Shown here: positions 38,250 through 48,388 of the stretch, one piece after another
Layout: the number at the start of each line of letters is the position of its first letter
Position numbering within the stretch: the stretch's first letter is position 1
NCBI GenBank assembly: GCA_964596735.1
Contig: CAZQVF010000001.1
Location: 9,924 to 73,923 of the forward strand
DNA length: 64,000 nucleotides
DNA from: an uncultured Gammaproteobacteria bacterium
GTDB lineage: Bacteria; Patescibacteriota; Patescibacteriia; UBA2591; UBA6264
Direction of reading: 5' to 3'
Translations under genes and position numbers: made by a program
The notes under the pieces: model-generated
Database searches by the model: none
The model's input: the letters and a program-made list of their open reading frames with translations, nothing else
Told to the model about the DNA's origin: nothing

Positions 38250-39191
38250 GTGATGGAAGTAAGAGAATTAAGAAAACTTTATAAGTCTATCAGACAAGAC
38301 TCTGTTCGCGAGCAAGAGTCCCATGATATTGTTTTGAATTCCTTTAGAGAAATGCTTCCATCTAAAACAAAACTTACCTACAATTTTTATTTATCTTTAA
38401 GGCCAGTGGCGGTTAGCTTGCTGGCTTTTGTTTTTGTTTTTGTCGCTGGATTTGGCACAATTGCTGTTGCCAAGAATACCGTGCCCGGAGACATATTATA
38501 CCCAGTTAAAAGAATAGCAGAGAAAAGTCGCATAGTATTGGTATTTGATAAATCTAAAAAAGCAGTCTTACGGGCAGAGATTTTAACCAATCGTTTATCT
38601 GAAGTTAAAGTTTTAACAGAAAAGGCAAAGGGTGGAGATAAAGAGTCTGAGCTTGAACTTAATGTTTTAGCTCAAAATTTTACCAATGAATTAAAAGTTT
38701 TAACAAAGCAAATTGGGGATCAAGTTATTGAACCTCAAGCTTTTATTACTCCTTTCCCTGAAGAAGAATTACTATATATTGACGAACAAATGATAGGCCA
38801 GGGTTCTTTGCCTGTTCAGGATAAACGGCAGGTGTTTACGGTTATGCCCACAGAAGATTTAGAAAAGCTTTTATCTGAAACTCAAGAGCTTTTGGCTGAG
38901 GAAAATTTAGCCTTGGCTTTTGTGAAATTACAAGAAGCAGAAAAATTAGTTCAGGAACAAGAACCAGTTACTGAACCAGATGTTGTTGTAGAAGACTCAG
39001 AAGAAGTAGAAAATCAAGCAGAAGAAGAAACACAAGGAGTATTACCTGTTCAGCCAGTTGAACCTGTAATAGAGGATGATATATCAGGGTCAGTTGGACA
39101 AATTTTATTAAAACAAGAAAAGGAAATAGATTTTCAGGTTAAGATTGAAAAAGATTCACCAGCCCGAACAGGAATGACTCGAGAACAATAA
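38250..39191 (+). CDS. Putative membrane-anchored anti-sigma factor (single TM, extracytoplasmic coiled-coil/acidic domain)
   Basis: Immediately downstream of the ECF sigma gene. It has a short cytoplasmic N-terminus, a TM (VAVSLLAFVFVFVAGFGTIAVA) and a long extracytoplasmic region. The call is positional/architectural. Confidence 0.45.
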   Translation: MMEVRELRKLYKSIRQDSVREQESHDIVLNSFREMLPSKTKLTYNFYLSLRPVAVSLLAFVFVFVAGFGTIAVAKNTVPGDILYPVKRIAEKSRIVLVFDKSKKAVLRAEILTNRLSEVKVLTEKAKGGDKESELELNVLAQNFTNELKVLTKQIGDQVIEPQAFITPFPEEELLYIDEQMIGQGSLPVQDKRQVFTVMPTEDLEKLLSETQELLAEENLALAFVKLQEAEKLVQEQEPVTEPDVVVEDSEEVENQAEEETQGVLPVQPVEPVIEDDISGSVGQILLKQEKEIDFQVKIEKDSPARTGMTREQ

Positions 39192-39462
39192 TCTTTAAAA
39201 TTATTTAATAATATTAATTAACTAATAATAATATCCCCTTGGCTGAAAGTGATTCTCAGGTCGTTTGAGTCATGATAAAGCCGAGCCTCAAGGGTATTAA
39301 AGGTCGAGCCTAGTTTTTGTAAAATTCTCAGAATGGGATATCCCCTGAGAGTTTTAAGAAAAAGGTGGGATAAAATATATTCTAACAGTAAATAGAATGA
39401 TTAGGTCAAACTTAATTAATTAGACCTAAAATCTACTATTTATTGCTCAGAGGATTAATTAA

Positions 39463-42400
39463 ATGAACAAACTTAAGAAATTGATTGCTTTAGGAACTAC
39501 CGTTTCAATGCTCTTGAGCTTAGTAGCAGTTTTACCTGCCAGCGCTATAACAATTGCTGATGGCGATTTAGTTAAAACCGCTGACAGTTCAGCTGTTTAC
39601 TATATTCAAGGAGCAAACAAACGTGTATTCCCACATTATAACGTTTATCTTTCTTGGGGCTATGCGGCAGACTTTTCAACAGTAAAAACAGTTAGTTCTT
39701 CAGAATTAGCTGCTTATGCTGATGCAAATGCCATGCCTTTCCGTGATGGTGCGCTATTTCGCGGAACAGCTGCCAGTTTAGGTGACAAAGACGCAACTGC
39801 GGTTTTCTATGTTGAAAACGCAATATTGCGCCCAGTTTTGTCAGAACAGGTCTATCAGGCTTTGTTCAGTGACTTAAGCTGGTCAAAGGTTACTTGGGTA
39901 CCAGATGATCTGTTGGTTAAGTTCAACTATGACATGGGCTCAGACCTTAGTTCATCTGCAACTCATCCTGATGGCGTTATCTTCAAATATTCTGGTTTAG
40001 ACCAGAAATATGTTGTTGAAAGTGGTAAAAAGCGCGCTATTTCAGACGCCGCTTTTGCTGCTAATCGCTACAGAGAAGCAGACGTTCTAACCCTTGATGT
40101 TAGTGAAACCTATGCTGATGGTTCAAGTGTCACTGGCGTTGAATCAGGATTATTAACTCCTGGTTGGCTTGGTGTTGTTGCTGAAGCAGCTGCTTTAACA
40201 GCGAGTTTATATAACACTCCAGCTGGAGGCACTGTTCCAGGCAACGCTAGTAATGTTTCTCTTCTCAGATTTAAACTAACGGCTGGTTCTTCAGCCGCTG
40301 CTGTTGATGGCTTAACCTTTAAAAGAACAAGCTTTGGAGAAACTACTGACTGGGATGCCCTTTATGTTTATGAAGGGAATGATTGTCTTACTCCAACTGG
40401 TAGAAGTTTAAGTTCAGATGATCACACCGTGGAATTTACTGCTTTAGGTCTTTCAGTTCCAGCGAATAGTTCTAAAATAATTGAACTACGTGGTGACATG
40501 ACTACCGCCGACAGCAATAGCAGTGCCTTTCAGTTAATCGCAGTTGAAAGTGCGGCTACTGTTAGTGGATTACCACTCACTGGTAATGTTATGGTTGTTG
40601 CCGCGGTTGATGTAACCACCGCTGCTCTTACTGATGGAACAGCTCCAATTAACCCTGCTGTTGGTGCCCAGAATGTGGAAATCGCTGCCTTTAAAATTCA
40701 GGCTAATGGCAATAATGATCTTACCTTTAGTCAGGCAGTGTTTACCTTTACTGGAACCATGTCAAGAAGTGACATCACCAATATAAATCTTTATTTACTT
40801 GGTGAAACTACTTCTTTAGCTAGCGCCGCTAGTATTGATTCTAATGATACCTTTACTATGACGCTTGCTTCTCCTTATGTCATTACCAAAGGTCAGACCA
40901 AAAACTTCTTATTAAAAGCTGATTTAGCTGGTGAAGTTGGTCGAACCTTGAAAATGTATATTGAGGAAACCTATCACTTAGCCGTTAGCGACAACCAGTA
41001 TAACTATGGAGCCAATGTTACCAATGGCTTTGATACTGGCGATGCCGCTACCTTGACCCTAGAGGGTGGTGAGATTACCATGACCGATAATGGTCCTGTT
41101 GCTGACGAGATTTCTCAAAATCAGCAAGATGTAGTTTTAACAAAAATTGCTGTAACCTCTAGTAGAGCCGTTGAGGTTCGCAAATTCTATGTCACTCTTG
41201 CTAGTGATGTTGCCGGAGGAGCAAATGATGCAGATGATATTACTGACTTAAGAATCAAAGACGAAGACACTGGTCAAACATTAATGACTACCAGTGCAAT
41301 AGGAACAACTATTGCTGGTAATTATTTAATGACTGGTACGTTTAATTTAACCGAAGACGTTACCCGTAATTTAATTATTACAGTTGACATTGGCGTTGAT
41401 GCAGACGACAGTCTTAGTGGTAAATATGTTTCTGGTGACCTAAAAGTAGTCGACAGAAGTGATGATTCAGTTGCTACTGGCGCTGCTTCAGAAGAAGCAC
41501 AAATAAGAGACGTGTCTACCGGTGATTGGGTTCTTACCGCTGATATCATTCCAATTACTATTAGTGGTGAAAATCAAACTGTTCAAGCACCTGCTTTAAC
41601 CATGGCTGAAGCTTCAACTCCAGTTAGTGGTTTAACAGTTGTTAAGGGAGCAGATAAAGTTGATGGTATTGGTATTGTATTTACAGCTGGCGATGCTTCT
41701 GCTATTAATATTAGGCAGTTTGCCGCTCGCGTTTATGTAAATACAGCCGCTACCTTCTTGGCCGCTGGTGAAGACTCTTCACCACAAGGCGAAGTAACCA
41801 CTGCTTATCTTTATGATGACAGTACTTTATTGTCTTCAAAGACTATTTCTGCTACTAGTGCTACCCATGATTACGGAGCAGTTACTTTTGACGGCCTTGA
41901 CGTTGATGTTTCTGCCGGTAGTACTAAAAAGTTAGTAATTAAGTATGATGTTAGCGATAGTTTAGCGGCTACCAGGTATGTAGCAGTTGGTATTTTAGAC
42001 TCAACTGTTACTGCTTATGACAGTCAAGGTGATGCAGTTACTGTCACTGATGATAGCGTTAACTATTACACTGACGATACAAGTGTACCAGATCACTATA
42101 AAACCCTTAGCACAGCTGGTTCATTAACTATGGCCCAAGATTCAGCAACACCTGATGCAGCAATTGTTTTAGCTGGAACAAGTAATGTTGAATTCTCTAA
42201 GATTAAGTTTACGGCTACCAATGAAAGTTGGACCATTAATAAACTTAGAGTAAAGATCGGTACCACAGCTAATGAAAGCAGTGTTTCCTCTGTCAAAATT
42301 ACCTACGAAGATACTACTAAGACAGGTTATTTGGCAAGTGGTTATGTTAACTTTACTAACTTAAATTGGGTTATTGGACAAGACAGTGAAGAGATTTTAA

Positions 42401-43200
42401 CCATTTCTGGTGATTTATCTGCAATAGATTCCAACATTGCCACCACCGGGCGTGAAATCAAACTTGGTATTGATGAAGACGAGGGCTTTGAAGCCGTTGG
42501 CGAATCATCTTCCACCACTACTGATTTAGCACTTGGTGATGTTGATGCCTGGGGCAATATTATGTATCTACGAAAGAGCATGCCAGCTCTAACCTCAGCT
42601 ACTGCCGACACAGCTTTAATTGCTAAATCAAATGCCATCATCCACTCCTTTACAGCGACCGCTTATTCAGCTGGTCCAATTACTGTAAAGAAGTTTAAGT
42701 GGGATGTTAATGTTGGTGATATTGACGGCGGAGGTGAATTAAAAGTGGATACCTGGAAGATCTACAAAAGCGGTAGCAGTACTGCTCTTGGTGGTCTTTG
42801 GTCTAATGGGACAACTACCAGTACAACCGGTGTTACTCCTCAACTTACAAATGGTTCTGGATACATACTTGTTGAACTTGATAGTGAAGTTGAAGTTGGC
42901 GCTGGAGAATCCAAGACCTTTACCTTGAAAGCAAGAGTTCAGGGTGTGGAAGAAAATGACAGTCTTGGTATTACCTTAGATTCTGATGGAGATACGACTA
43001 ATTTAACTGGTGGTTTAGCTAACCATGACACTGAAGGAGCTCGGCTTGATGATGGGACAACTGAATCAGCTGCTGAATTCCTATGGTCTGATAAGGCTCG
43101 TGGTGTGAATCACGCTGCAACAATGCAGAGCACTTATCTTGACTGGTCAAATGGTTACTTACTCAGTACCTTCCCACTTTCTAACACCCTGTCACAGTAA
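39463..43200 (+). CDS. Large (1245 aa) secreted Thr/Ser/Ala-rich surface protein with the N-terminal shared module
   Basis: Signal peptide MNKLKKLIALGTTVSMLLSLVAVLPASA. Residues about 30-200 are homologous to the C-terminus of the giant protein (DLVKTADSSAVYYIQGANKRVFPH...FRGTAASLGDKDATAVFYVEN...VTWVPDDLLVKF). The rest is beta-rich low-complexity Ig-like repeats. Confidence 0.75.
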   Translation: MNKLKKLIALGTTVSMLLSLVAVLPASAITIADGDLVKTADSSAVYYIQGANKRVFPHYNVYLSWGYAADFSTVKTVSSSELAAYADANAMPFRDGALFRGTAASLGDKDATAVFYVENAILRPVLSEQVYQALFSDLSWSKVTWVPDDLLVKFNYDMGSDLSSSATHPDGVIFKYSGLDQKYVVESGKKRAISDAAFAANRYREADVLTLDVSETYADGSSVTGVESGLLTPGWLGVVAEAAALTASLYNTPAGGTVPGNASNVSLLRFKLTAGSSAAAVDGLTFKRTSFGETTDWDALYVYEGNDCLTPTGRSLSSDDHTVEFTALGLSVPANSSKIIELRGDMTTADSNSSAFQLIAVESAATVSGLPLTGNVMVVAAVDVTTAALTDGTAPINPAVGAQNVEIAAFKIQANGNNDLTFSQAVFTFTGTMSRSDITNINLYLLGETTSLASAASIDSNDTFTMTLASPYVITKGQTKNFLLKADLAGEVGRTLKMYIEETYHLAVSDNQYNYGANVTNGFDTGDAATLTLEGGEITMTDNGPVADEISQNQQDVVLTKIAVTSSRAVEVRKFYVTLASDVAGGANDADDITDLRIKDEDTGQTLMTTSAIGTTIAGNYLMTGTFNLTEDVTRNLIITVDIGVDADDSLSGKYVSGDLKVVDRSDDSVATGAASEEAQIRDVSTGDWVLTADIIPITISGENQTVQAPALTMAEASTPVSGLTVVKGADKVDGIGIVFTAGDASAINIRQFAARVYVNTAATFLAAGEDSSPQGEVTTAYLYDDSTLLSSKTISATSATHDYGAVTFDGLDVDVSAGSTKKLVIKYDVSDSLAATRYVAVGILDSTVTAYDSQGDAVTVTDDSVNYYTDDTSVPDHYKTLSTAGSLTMAQDSATPDAAIVLAGTSNVEFSKIKFTATNESWTINKLRVKIGTTANESSVSSVKITYEDTTKTGYLASGYVNFTNLNWVIGQDSEEILTISGDLSAIDSNIATTGREIKLGIDEDEGFEAVGESSSTTTDLALGDVDAWGNIMYLRKSMPALTSATADTALIAKSNAIIHSFTATAYSAGPITVKKFKWDVNVGDIDGGGELKVDTWKIYKSGSSTALGGLWSNGTTTSTTGVTPQLTNGSGYILVELDSEVEVGAGESKTFTLKARVQGVEENDSLGITLDSDGDTTNLTGGLANHDTEGARLDDGTTESAAEFLWSDKARGVNHAATMQSTYLDWSNGYLLSTFPLSNTLSQ

Positions 43201-43244
43201 ACAATTGAAATAACGTTTTAATCGGAGCGTTAAACCGATTCATA

Positions 43245-43282
43245 ACAGGGGGCGGCAATAAAAGCCGCCGCCCTGTTTTTAT
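43245..43282 (+). terminator. Strong rho-independent terminator
   Basis: ACAGGGGGCGGC-AATAAAA-GCCGCCGCCCTGTTTTTATC. Confidence 0.75.
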
Positions 43283-43333
43283 CTAAAAAAAAGACATCTT
43301 GACAAAACGCCCATTTTGTGCTAAAATATTGAT

Positions 43334-44746
43334 ATGAAAATAAACAAAGCAATAACAATTCTGATTATTAGCTTTTTTGTTATCCCCTTGTTCCCCAGGG
43401 TAGCTTTGGCATTGGCTGCACCAATTGAACAGGATTATAAATGTTATACTTTTCGTTCCTCAGGCTCATGTGATAGGGATTACAGCACGGTTGATTATGA
43501 AGATAATAAGATTTTTTTAAGAGAACAAGAAACTGGTGTTTGCTGGACTAGAGAGATTCGTTTTCGAGAGTATATTTATTCTTTAATTCCTAGCGGTGTA
43601 TATTCTACACCAAATGGAACTCAAGTGAGGCCTTCTGTTAGCTTTGAAGATGAAATTCAAGTACATTCATTAAATTGGAATGTTAAATATAAGCCGGAAG
43701 GGCTGTATAAAAAGTTGCGTTTAAAGATATTTTTAATGACTGATAATCCAGATGTTTCACCTAATGTTGAAGAGATTTGCTTAAACCTTGAATTACAAGA
43801 TCGTTCTGAAAGAGGACTTAAAAAAAGAGACGATACTAGAGTTTCTGAATTAGAAAAAACGAAAAGAGTTTTAAGTAATTATTATAATGATTTCAGCAAT
43901 TACCCTGTCGTTAATGCCAATGTAAGTGACAAAGACAGACAATGGGCGTTATTTGAAAATATTTTAGAATCAGCTTCACTTAGCCGCCGGGAAAACTATA
44001 CCCGGGGCTTGGTTGATCAGCCTCAGGGAGTTGATGACGAGTATAAATATGGGTATTTAGCCAACAACTCAGGGGCATATTATTTACTCTGGACTAAATT
44101 AGAAAATGTTAATTCAGAGCATTTCCAAGATTCTTGGCAGGGACAAATATTAGACGTGGATTGCACCCCACCTACTTATTGTATTTATTCAAAATCTGAT
44201 TATGTGGCCGAACCTCTTTTGCAATATTTTGATCGAGAAAAAAGAACAAGCCAAATTGAACAGGCTGAATTTATTAAAACAGATAATAATCCTCAAGTAT
44301 GGCTTAAGTTAAATGATTATCGTTTTTGGTTAAGAACCCCTGATGTTTTTACTCGAGCCGGTGGTGATTGGGATAATATTTCTTTAGCTTCGAGCTTGGG
44401 AGACGTTCCTTTATTGAAACTTGTTAAAAAACAAGATGAGCCAGAGGTCTATCTTGTTACTGCCTCAGGGTTTAAAAGACATATGCCTAACAGTCAAATT
44501 CTTCATTATTACGGACAGGCCGAAGAGGTTGTTAGTTTTGAAGATACAAAAGTAATTGATCTTTTGCCTGAAAATTATTTAATTAGAGGCAGGGGACAAA
44601 CCAAAGTCTATTTTCTTGATCAAAAGATAAAGAGATGGATTACCTCACCAGAGGTATTAGAAAAACTAGGTTTTGACTGGTTAGACGTGGTGGTGGTAGA
44701 GCCTGAAGAAGTTGATTATTATGCTGAAGGAGCACCGATTTTTTAA
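43334..44746 (+). CDS. Secreted hypothetical protein (470 aa) with C-terminal repeats of the shared module motif
   Basis: A signal peptide/TM (ILIISFFVIPLFPRVALALA). The C-terminus carries two repeats: KLVKKQDEPEVYLVTASGFKRHMPNSQ and IRGRGQTKVYFLDQKIKRWITSPEV. Confidence 0.6.
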   Translation: MKINKAITILIISFFVIPLFPRVALALAAPIEQDYKCYTFRSSGSCDRDYSTVDYEDNKIFLREQETGVCWTREIRFREYIYSLIPSGVYSTPNGTQVRPSVSFEDEIQVHSLNWNVKYKPEGLYKKLRLKIFLMTDNPDVSPNVEEICLNLELQDRSERGLKKRDDTRVSELEKTKRVLSNYYNDFSNYPVVNANVSDKDRQWALFENILESASLSRRENYTRGLVDQPQGVDDEYKYGYLANNSGAYYLLWTKLENVNSEHFQDSWQGQILDVDCTPPTYCIYSKSDYVAEPLLQYFDREKRTSQIEQAEFIKTDNNPQVWLKLNDYRFWLRTPDVFTRAGGDWDNISLASSLGDVPLLKLVKKQDEPEVYLVTASGFKRHMPNSQILHYYGQAEEVVSFEDTKVIDLLPENYLIRGRGQTKVYFLDQKIKRWITSPEVLEKLGFDWLDVVVVEPEEVDYYAEGAPIF

Positions 44747-44768
44747 TTAAGACATTGAGATATATGTC

Positions 44769-44796
44769 AAAAGGGAGTCAAGAGACTCCCTTTTGT
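44769..44796 (+). terminator. Rho-independent terminator
   Basis: AAAAGGGAGTC-AAGA-GACTCCCTTTTGTG. Confidence 0.65.
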
Positions 44797-45049
44797 GTTG
44801 ACACTCCTTAATACTTTGTTATCCTTGATTTAGGAGGCTTTAATTTCCTTGTATGGAGTTTCAAGCTAATAATTTTATCAAAAAACAAAAAAGTTCCTTA
44901 TATTATAGGTGGATTTTTTAAGAACGGTATTTTTATTTCCGTTTTTTTATTTAAAAATAAAATATCATAAAAAAAGAGGATAAAATTTCAGTAGATAAAT
45001 TAGAGCAATTATTAAACAAAAACACCTTCTTATAAAGAAAGTGTTTTTG

Positions 45050-45125
45050 TGGGGTGGCCTAGGGGAATTGCACCCCTACTGAGAACTCCACAGGTTCCCG
45101 TGCTAACTGTTACACCAAGGCCACC
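45050..45125 (-). tRNA. tRNA-His (anticodon GTG) with an encoded G-1 and CCA
   Basis: Reverse-complement fold: extra 5' G(-1) opposite discriminator C73 (the bacterial tRNA-His hallmark), acceptor GUGGCCU/AGGCCAC, D-arm GUGU/GCAC, anticodon stem GGAAC/GUUCU with loop CUGUGGA, T-arm AGGGG-UGCAAUU-CCCCU, CCA encoded. An imperfect hairpin at 45017-45046 may terminate it. Confidence 0.85.
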
Positions 45126-45133
45126 ATGTGTTC

Positions 45134-46300
45134 TTATACCTTAGCTAATTTTTTCAATGCGGCAACTTTATTTAACTTTTCCCAAGGCAAGTCTAAATCA
45201 TTTCTACCAAAATGTCCATAAGCAGCTACTTGCCTATAAATCGGCCGGCGTAGCCTCAGGTTTTTAATTAACATGCCTGGGCGTAGGTCAAAAACCTTAT
45301 TAACAATCTTAGCAATTTTTTCATCTGGTATTTTACCAGTATTAAAGGTGTCAATATTAATTGATAAGGGCTTGGCCACACCAATAACATAGGCTAATTG
45401 CACTTCAACCTTGTCAGCTAATTTAGCGCCAACAATATTTTTAGCCACCCAGCGAGCTCCATAGCTGCCTGAGCGATCAACCTTGGTGGGATCTTTACTA
45501 GAAAAACAGCCGCCGCCATGACGACCAATTCCACCATAAGTATCAACAATAATTTTTCTTCCTGTTAAACCAGTATCAGCTGCTGGCCCGCCTAAGACAA
45601 AACGACCAGTAGCATTAATGAAATATTTAGTGTTTTTATCAATCAATCTTTTAGGAACAACTGGTAGAATAACCTTTTTAATTATATCTTTCCTGAGTTT
45701 TTCTAAAGAAATTTTAGGACTGTGCTGAGCAGCAATAACCACGTTTTCGATCCTTTTGGCCTTCCCATTTTCATATTCAATAGTAATTTGACTTTTGCCA
45801 TCTGGCTTAAGATAGGGGAGGATTTTTTGTTTTCTAACTTGAGCCAGCTTTTTAGATAATTTATGAGCTAAAACAATTGGTAAGGGCATAAATTCTTTTG
45901 TTTCATTGCTAGCATAACCGTACATTAAGCCTTGGTCACCAGCTCCCAAATTAGTTAGTTTTTCTTTTTTATTTCGAGAGATGCCCTGAGCAATGTCTGG
46001 TGATTGAGAGTGAATTAAGGTAATTATTCCGCAGGTATCAGCATCAAGTCCATCATCTGTATGAGTATAACCAATTTCACGGATAATTTTTCTCACAAGT
46101 CGCGGTATTTCTACATAACAATTTGTGGTAATTTCTCCAGAGATAATTACTAAGCCCTTGGTGGTTAAGGTTTCGCAGGCGATCCTTGAATAAGGATCTT
46201 TAGCCAACAAAGCGTCTACAATGCCGTCTGAAATCTGATCAGCCACTTTATCAGGATGGCCTTCGGTGACAGATTCAGAAGTTAAGAATTTTTTTGTCAT
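45134..46300 (-). CDS. metK: S-adenosylmethionine synthetase
   Basis: N-terminus [31 protein letters not shown], and the glycine-rich [16 protein letters not shown] loop. It is 388 aa. Confidence 0.93.
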   Translation of the reverse strand: MTKKFLTSESVTEGHPDKVADQISDGIVDALLAKDPYSRIACETLTTKGLVIISGEITTNCYVEIPRLVRKIIREIGYTHTDDGLDADTCGIITLIHSQSPDIAQGISRNKKEKLTNLGAGDQGLMYGYASNETKEFMPLPIVLAHKLSKKLAQVRKQKILPYLKPDGKSQITIEYENGKAKRIENVVIAAQHSPKISLEKLRKDIIKKVILPVVPKRLIDKNTKYFINATGRFVLGGPAADTGLTGRKIIVDTYGGIGRHGGGCFSSKDPTKVDRSGSYGARWVAKNIVGAKLADKVEVQLAYVIGVAKPLSINIDTFNTGKIPDEKIAKIVNKVFDLRPGMLIKNLRLRRPIYRQVAAYGHFGRNDLDLPWEKLNKVAALKKLAKV

Positions 46301-46337
46301 AAAATTATTTTTAGATTCATTATACTTTAAAGTGATG

Positions 46338-46420
46338 TTGATAATTATAAGAACCTTTCGCTCCGCTCAAGAACCCCGCCAAAGTTTCTTCGAAATTTAG
46401 GCGGGAACCTTGAAATTAAA
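46338..46420 (+). repeat. Degenerate/expanded copy of the 34-bp element (AAGAACC ... GGGAACCTTGAAATTAAA) with a GC-rich hairpin inserted in place of the mini-hairpin
   Basis: The TAAGAACC head and GAACCTTGAAATTAAA tail are both conserved. The central CTGCTTTGCAG is replaced by CCCCGCC-aaagtttcttcgaaattta-GGCGGG. Confidence 0.4.
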
Positions 46421-46486
46421 TTATTATTGCATAAAAATTAATGTAATTTAATTATAACAGGAATCTAACAGAAATAAAGAGAGGTC

Positions 46487-46514
46487 AAAAGGGAGACAAA
46501 TGTCTCCCTTTTTT
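46487..46514. terminator. Hairpin terminator (GGGAGACA-AA-TGTCTCCC plus a T-run)
   Basis: A perfect 8-bp GC-rich stem followed by TTTTTT. It lies between the element copy at 46338-46420 and the minus-strand KWG-like gene. Confidence 0.5.
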
Positions 46515-46536
46515 GAAAACTTGTTTCATTGTCAGC

Positions 46537-46773
46537 TCAGTCAACTCTTGTTCCGTCAGGACGGATGTTAAAAGATTCCCCATTTTTTTTCACCGGCGCT
46601 AAACCATTATGAAAATCTTCTACCCAGTCAAATCTTTGCTCATAGGCTGGTTCGCCGTCTTCTTGACGAACATGGAAATATTTACCATTTATTCCCACTG
46701 AGATTAAACCCTCATAAGCATTTCCTACAATAGGGTAACGCTGAAACAATTCATAAAGACTAATCGGGCTCAT
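46537..46773 (-). CDS. Small KWG/WG-repeat-like hypothetical protein
   Basis: A 78-aa protein. YEGLISVGINGKYFHVRQEDGEPAYEQRFDWVEDFHNGLAPVKKNGESFNIRPDG resembles two KWG beta-repeats. Confidence 0.4.
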   Translation of the reverse strand: MSPISLYELFQRYPIVGNAYEGLISVGINGKYFHVRQEDGEPAYEQRFDWVEDFHNGLAPVKKNGESFNIRPDGTRVD

Positions 46774-46903
46774 GGTTTACCCCCTTTCTATGTTGTGTAT
46801 GTAAATATCAACTATTTATAGAATAACAAATATGAACATTTTGTCAATTATGAAAAAGAATACCCGCGAGGGTATTAAATTAATAGAAGTATTTAAAGAA
46901 AAA

Positions 46904-47170
46904 TTAAGAATATAAATTACTATGACTATCTACGACAACGAAAATACATTCTTCTTCACTAATAAATTTATAAATAGCCCTTAAATCTCCTGTTATGTTA
47001 ATACTCCGATAGTCAGTATATCTTCCTTTTAAGGAATGGTTATTAAGCTGAGCGTTAAACGGGTTTTTTAAAAATAATTCTAATCTTTCCCGCACTTTTT
47101 TTTGTTCTCTCTTTTTTAGTTTTTTATACTGTTTCTCAAAATTTTTGTGAAAACGAATATTCATAAGCAA
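46904..47170 (-). CDS. relE: Type II toxin, RelE/ParE (YoeB/Txe-like) family
   Basis: An 88-aa protein. YKKLKKREQKKVRERLELFLKNPF ... LKGRYTDYRSINITGDLRAIYKF ... VVVDSHSNLY matches the RelE-fold toxin pattern. Its start is a TTG at 47170 or an ATG at 47164, and the gene lies downstream of the antitoxin gene. Confidence 0.7.
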   Translation of the reverse strand: MLMNIRFHKNFEKQYKKLKKREQKKVRERLELFLKNPFNAQLNNHSLKGRYTDYRSINITGDLRAIYKFISEEECIFVVVDSHSNLYS

Positions 47171-47237
47171 AGCTTGAAATTTCTTCAGGACTCACAAATG
47201 TAAAAGTAAATTTTTCCATTTGATTCGCCCATTGAAA

Positions 47238-47513
47238 CTATAAAGAGGTAAAATGTTTCTTAATCTCTTTGTTAGAAGAAAAAATGCGGGAAATATTTCT
47301 ATTCCTCTGAATATCAAACTCTATTTTACCTAAAAGACTTTCCAGTTCCGGAGACATTTTAGGAGTAATAGTAAAATATACTTCTTTATTTCTGACAAAC
47401 TGCTTTAAGTAAGCATTAATTATTGCGCTTAAAGAAAAGCCCATTTCCTTGGCAAGTTTCTGGGCATGAATTTTCACATTTTTCTCGGTTTTAATATTGA
47501 TTACTGTTTTCAT
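47238..47513 (-). CDS. Type II antitoxin, DinJ/RelB family (ribbon-helix-helix)
   Basis: MKTVINIKTEKNVKIHAQKLAKEMGFSLSAIINAYLKQFVRNKEVYFTIT is a DinJ-like N-terminal RHH. The start is taken as the ATG at 47513; the ORF track extends to a TTG at 47549. It lies 60-70 nt upstream of relE. Confidence 0.65.
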   Translation of the reverse strand: MKTVINIKTEKNVKIHAQKLAKEMGFSLSAIINAYLKQFVRNKEVYFTITPKMSPELESLLGKIEFDIQRNRNISRIFSSNKEIKKHFTSL

Positions 47514-47666
47514 ACATCTAAAGTATATACAATGGTTAGTAGATGTCAAGAGGGAATTGTGGAAAACTTTAATAGGCTTCGTTGGTTTAATTTTAAATGG
47601 TACCCAAGCATTTCAAAACGATGTATTGAAAGGTATTTTTGCAATAACAAAAATAATTTACCATTT

Positions 47667-48386
47667 TTATAATCGAAGAGGATTACCATCATTATCTATT
47701 AAGTCATAAAAGGTCTTATTGTGATCAAATTTATGTTTTATCCAGTTCTTTAAGTCATCCGAAACTGGCTCGCTATTCCAAATGGTAATCGTATAATTTG
47801 GTTTTTGAATAAGGAGCTGTAATTCTGAATATGAAGATTTCAAATAACAAGCCCTGAGGGAAACAGTGATCGTGCCGTCAATTTTTTTGATTATGCCTAT
47901 CATTTGATTAATCATATTTTTCGTGTATTTTGTATTTGGTAAATATGCTGTTGTCCAGCCGATTGAAAGGATCCCCTCAGGATAGTGTTTTTTACAAAGA
48001 TCAATAAATTCCATTGCTCGAAATTTAGGAATCTTGCCACCTGGTCCTTGCAAAATATCTGCATGAAGAAAGATCGGATTTTTCAGATTCGCTTTTTGTA
48101 ATTTTTTAAGGCAAAGGAGAACCACTGATGATTCCCTGAAATCCAGTTTTGCCCCTTTTTTTGAATCAGCTATTTTTTCAATCCAAACGTCAAAAGTCAA
48201 ATCAATTTCTTGGTTTGAGTCATGAGCTATGACAACGGTTTTCCCTTTCAGACAAATATCGCTTTCAATTACCATAATTTGTGGAGAATTACAGTATTTT
48301 TCTAGTTTTTGGAAACGATTTACCGCGTGTGCCCACCTTATATCCCACGGACATTCCACTTTAAAAAAAGATAATAAATTTTTCAT
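47667..48386 (-). CDS. Menorin/FAM151 (DUF2181)-like, PLC/GDPD-like phosphodiesterase-fold protein (tentative)
   Basis: The N-terminus has W-A-H-A-V-N (DIRWAHAVNRFQKLE), the family hallmark as I recall it. There is an internal VVIAHDSNQEIDLTFDVWIE. It is 239 aa and is the last gene of a three-gene minus-strand operon. Confidence 0.45.
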   Translation of the reverse strand: MKNLLSFFKVECPWDIRWAHAVNRFQKLEKYCNSPQIMVIESDICLKGKTVVIAHDSNQEIDLTFDVWIEKIADSKKGAKLDFRESSVVLLCLKKLQKANLKNPIFLHADILQGPGGKIPKFRAMEFIDLCKKHYPEGILSIGWTTAYLPNTKYTKNMINQMIGIIKKIDGTITVSLRACYLKSSYSELQLLIQKPNYTITIWNSEPVSDDLKNWIKHKFDHNKTFYDLIDNDGNPLRL

Positions 48387-48388
48387 TA

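Noticed and set aside
30622-44746. Possible diversity-generating retroelement (DGR) targeting the giant surface proteins
   Set aside because: There is no reverse-transcriptase ORF and no template/variable repeat pair anywhere in the window. The repeated module between the three proteins is protein-level homology, not a near-identical TR/VR DNA repeat.
45017-45046. Imperfect hairpin AACACCTTCTT-ATAA-AGAAAGTGTT between the 44.7-kb secreted-protein gene and tRNA-His
   Set aside because: It has one mismatch in a 9-bp AT-rich stem. It is plausibly a weak bidirectional terminator but too marginal to call confidently.
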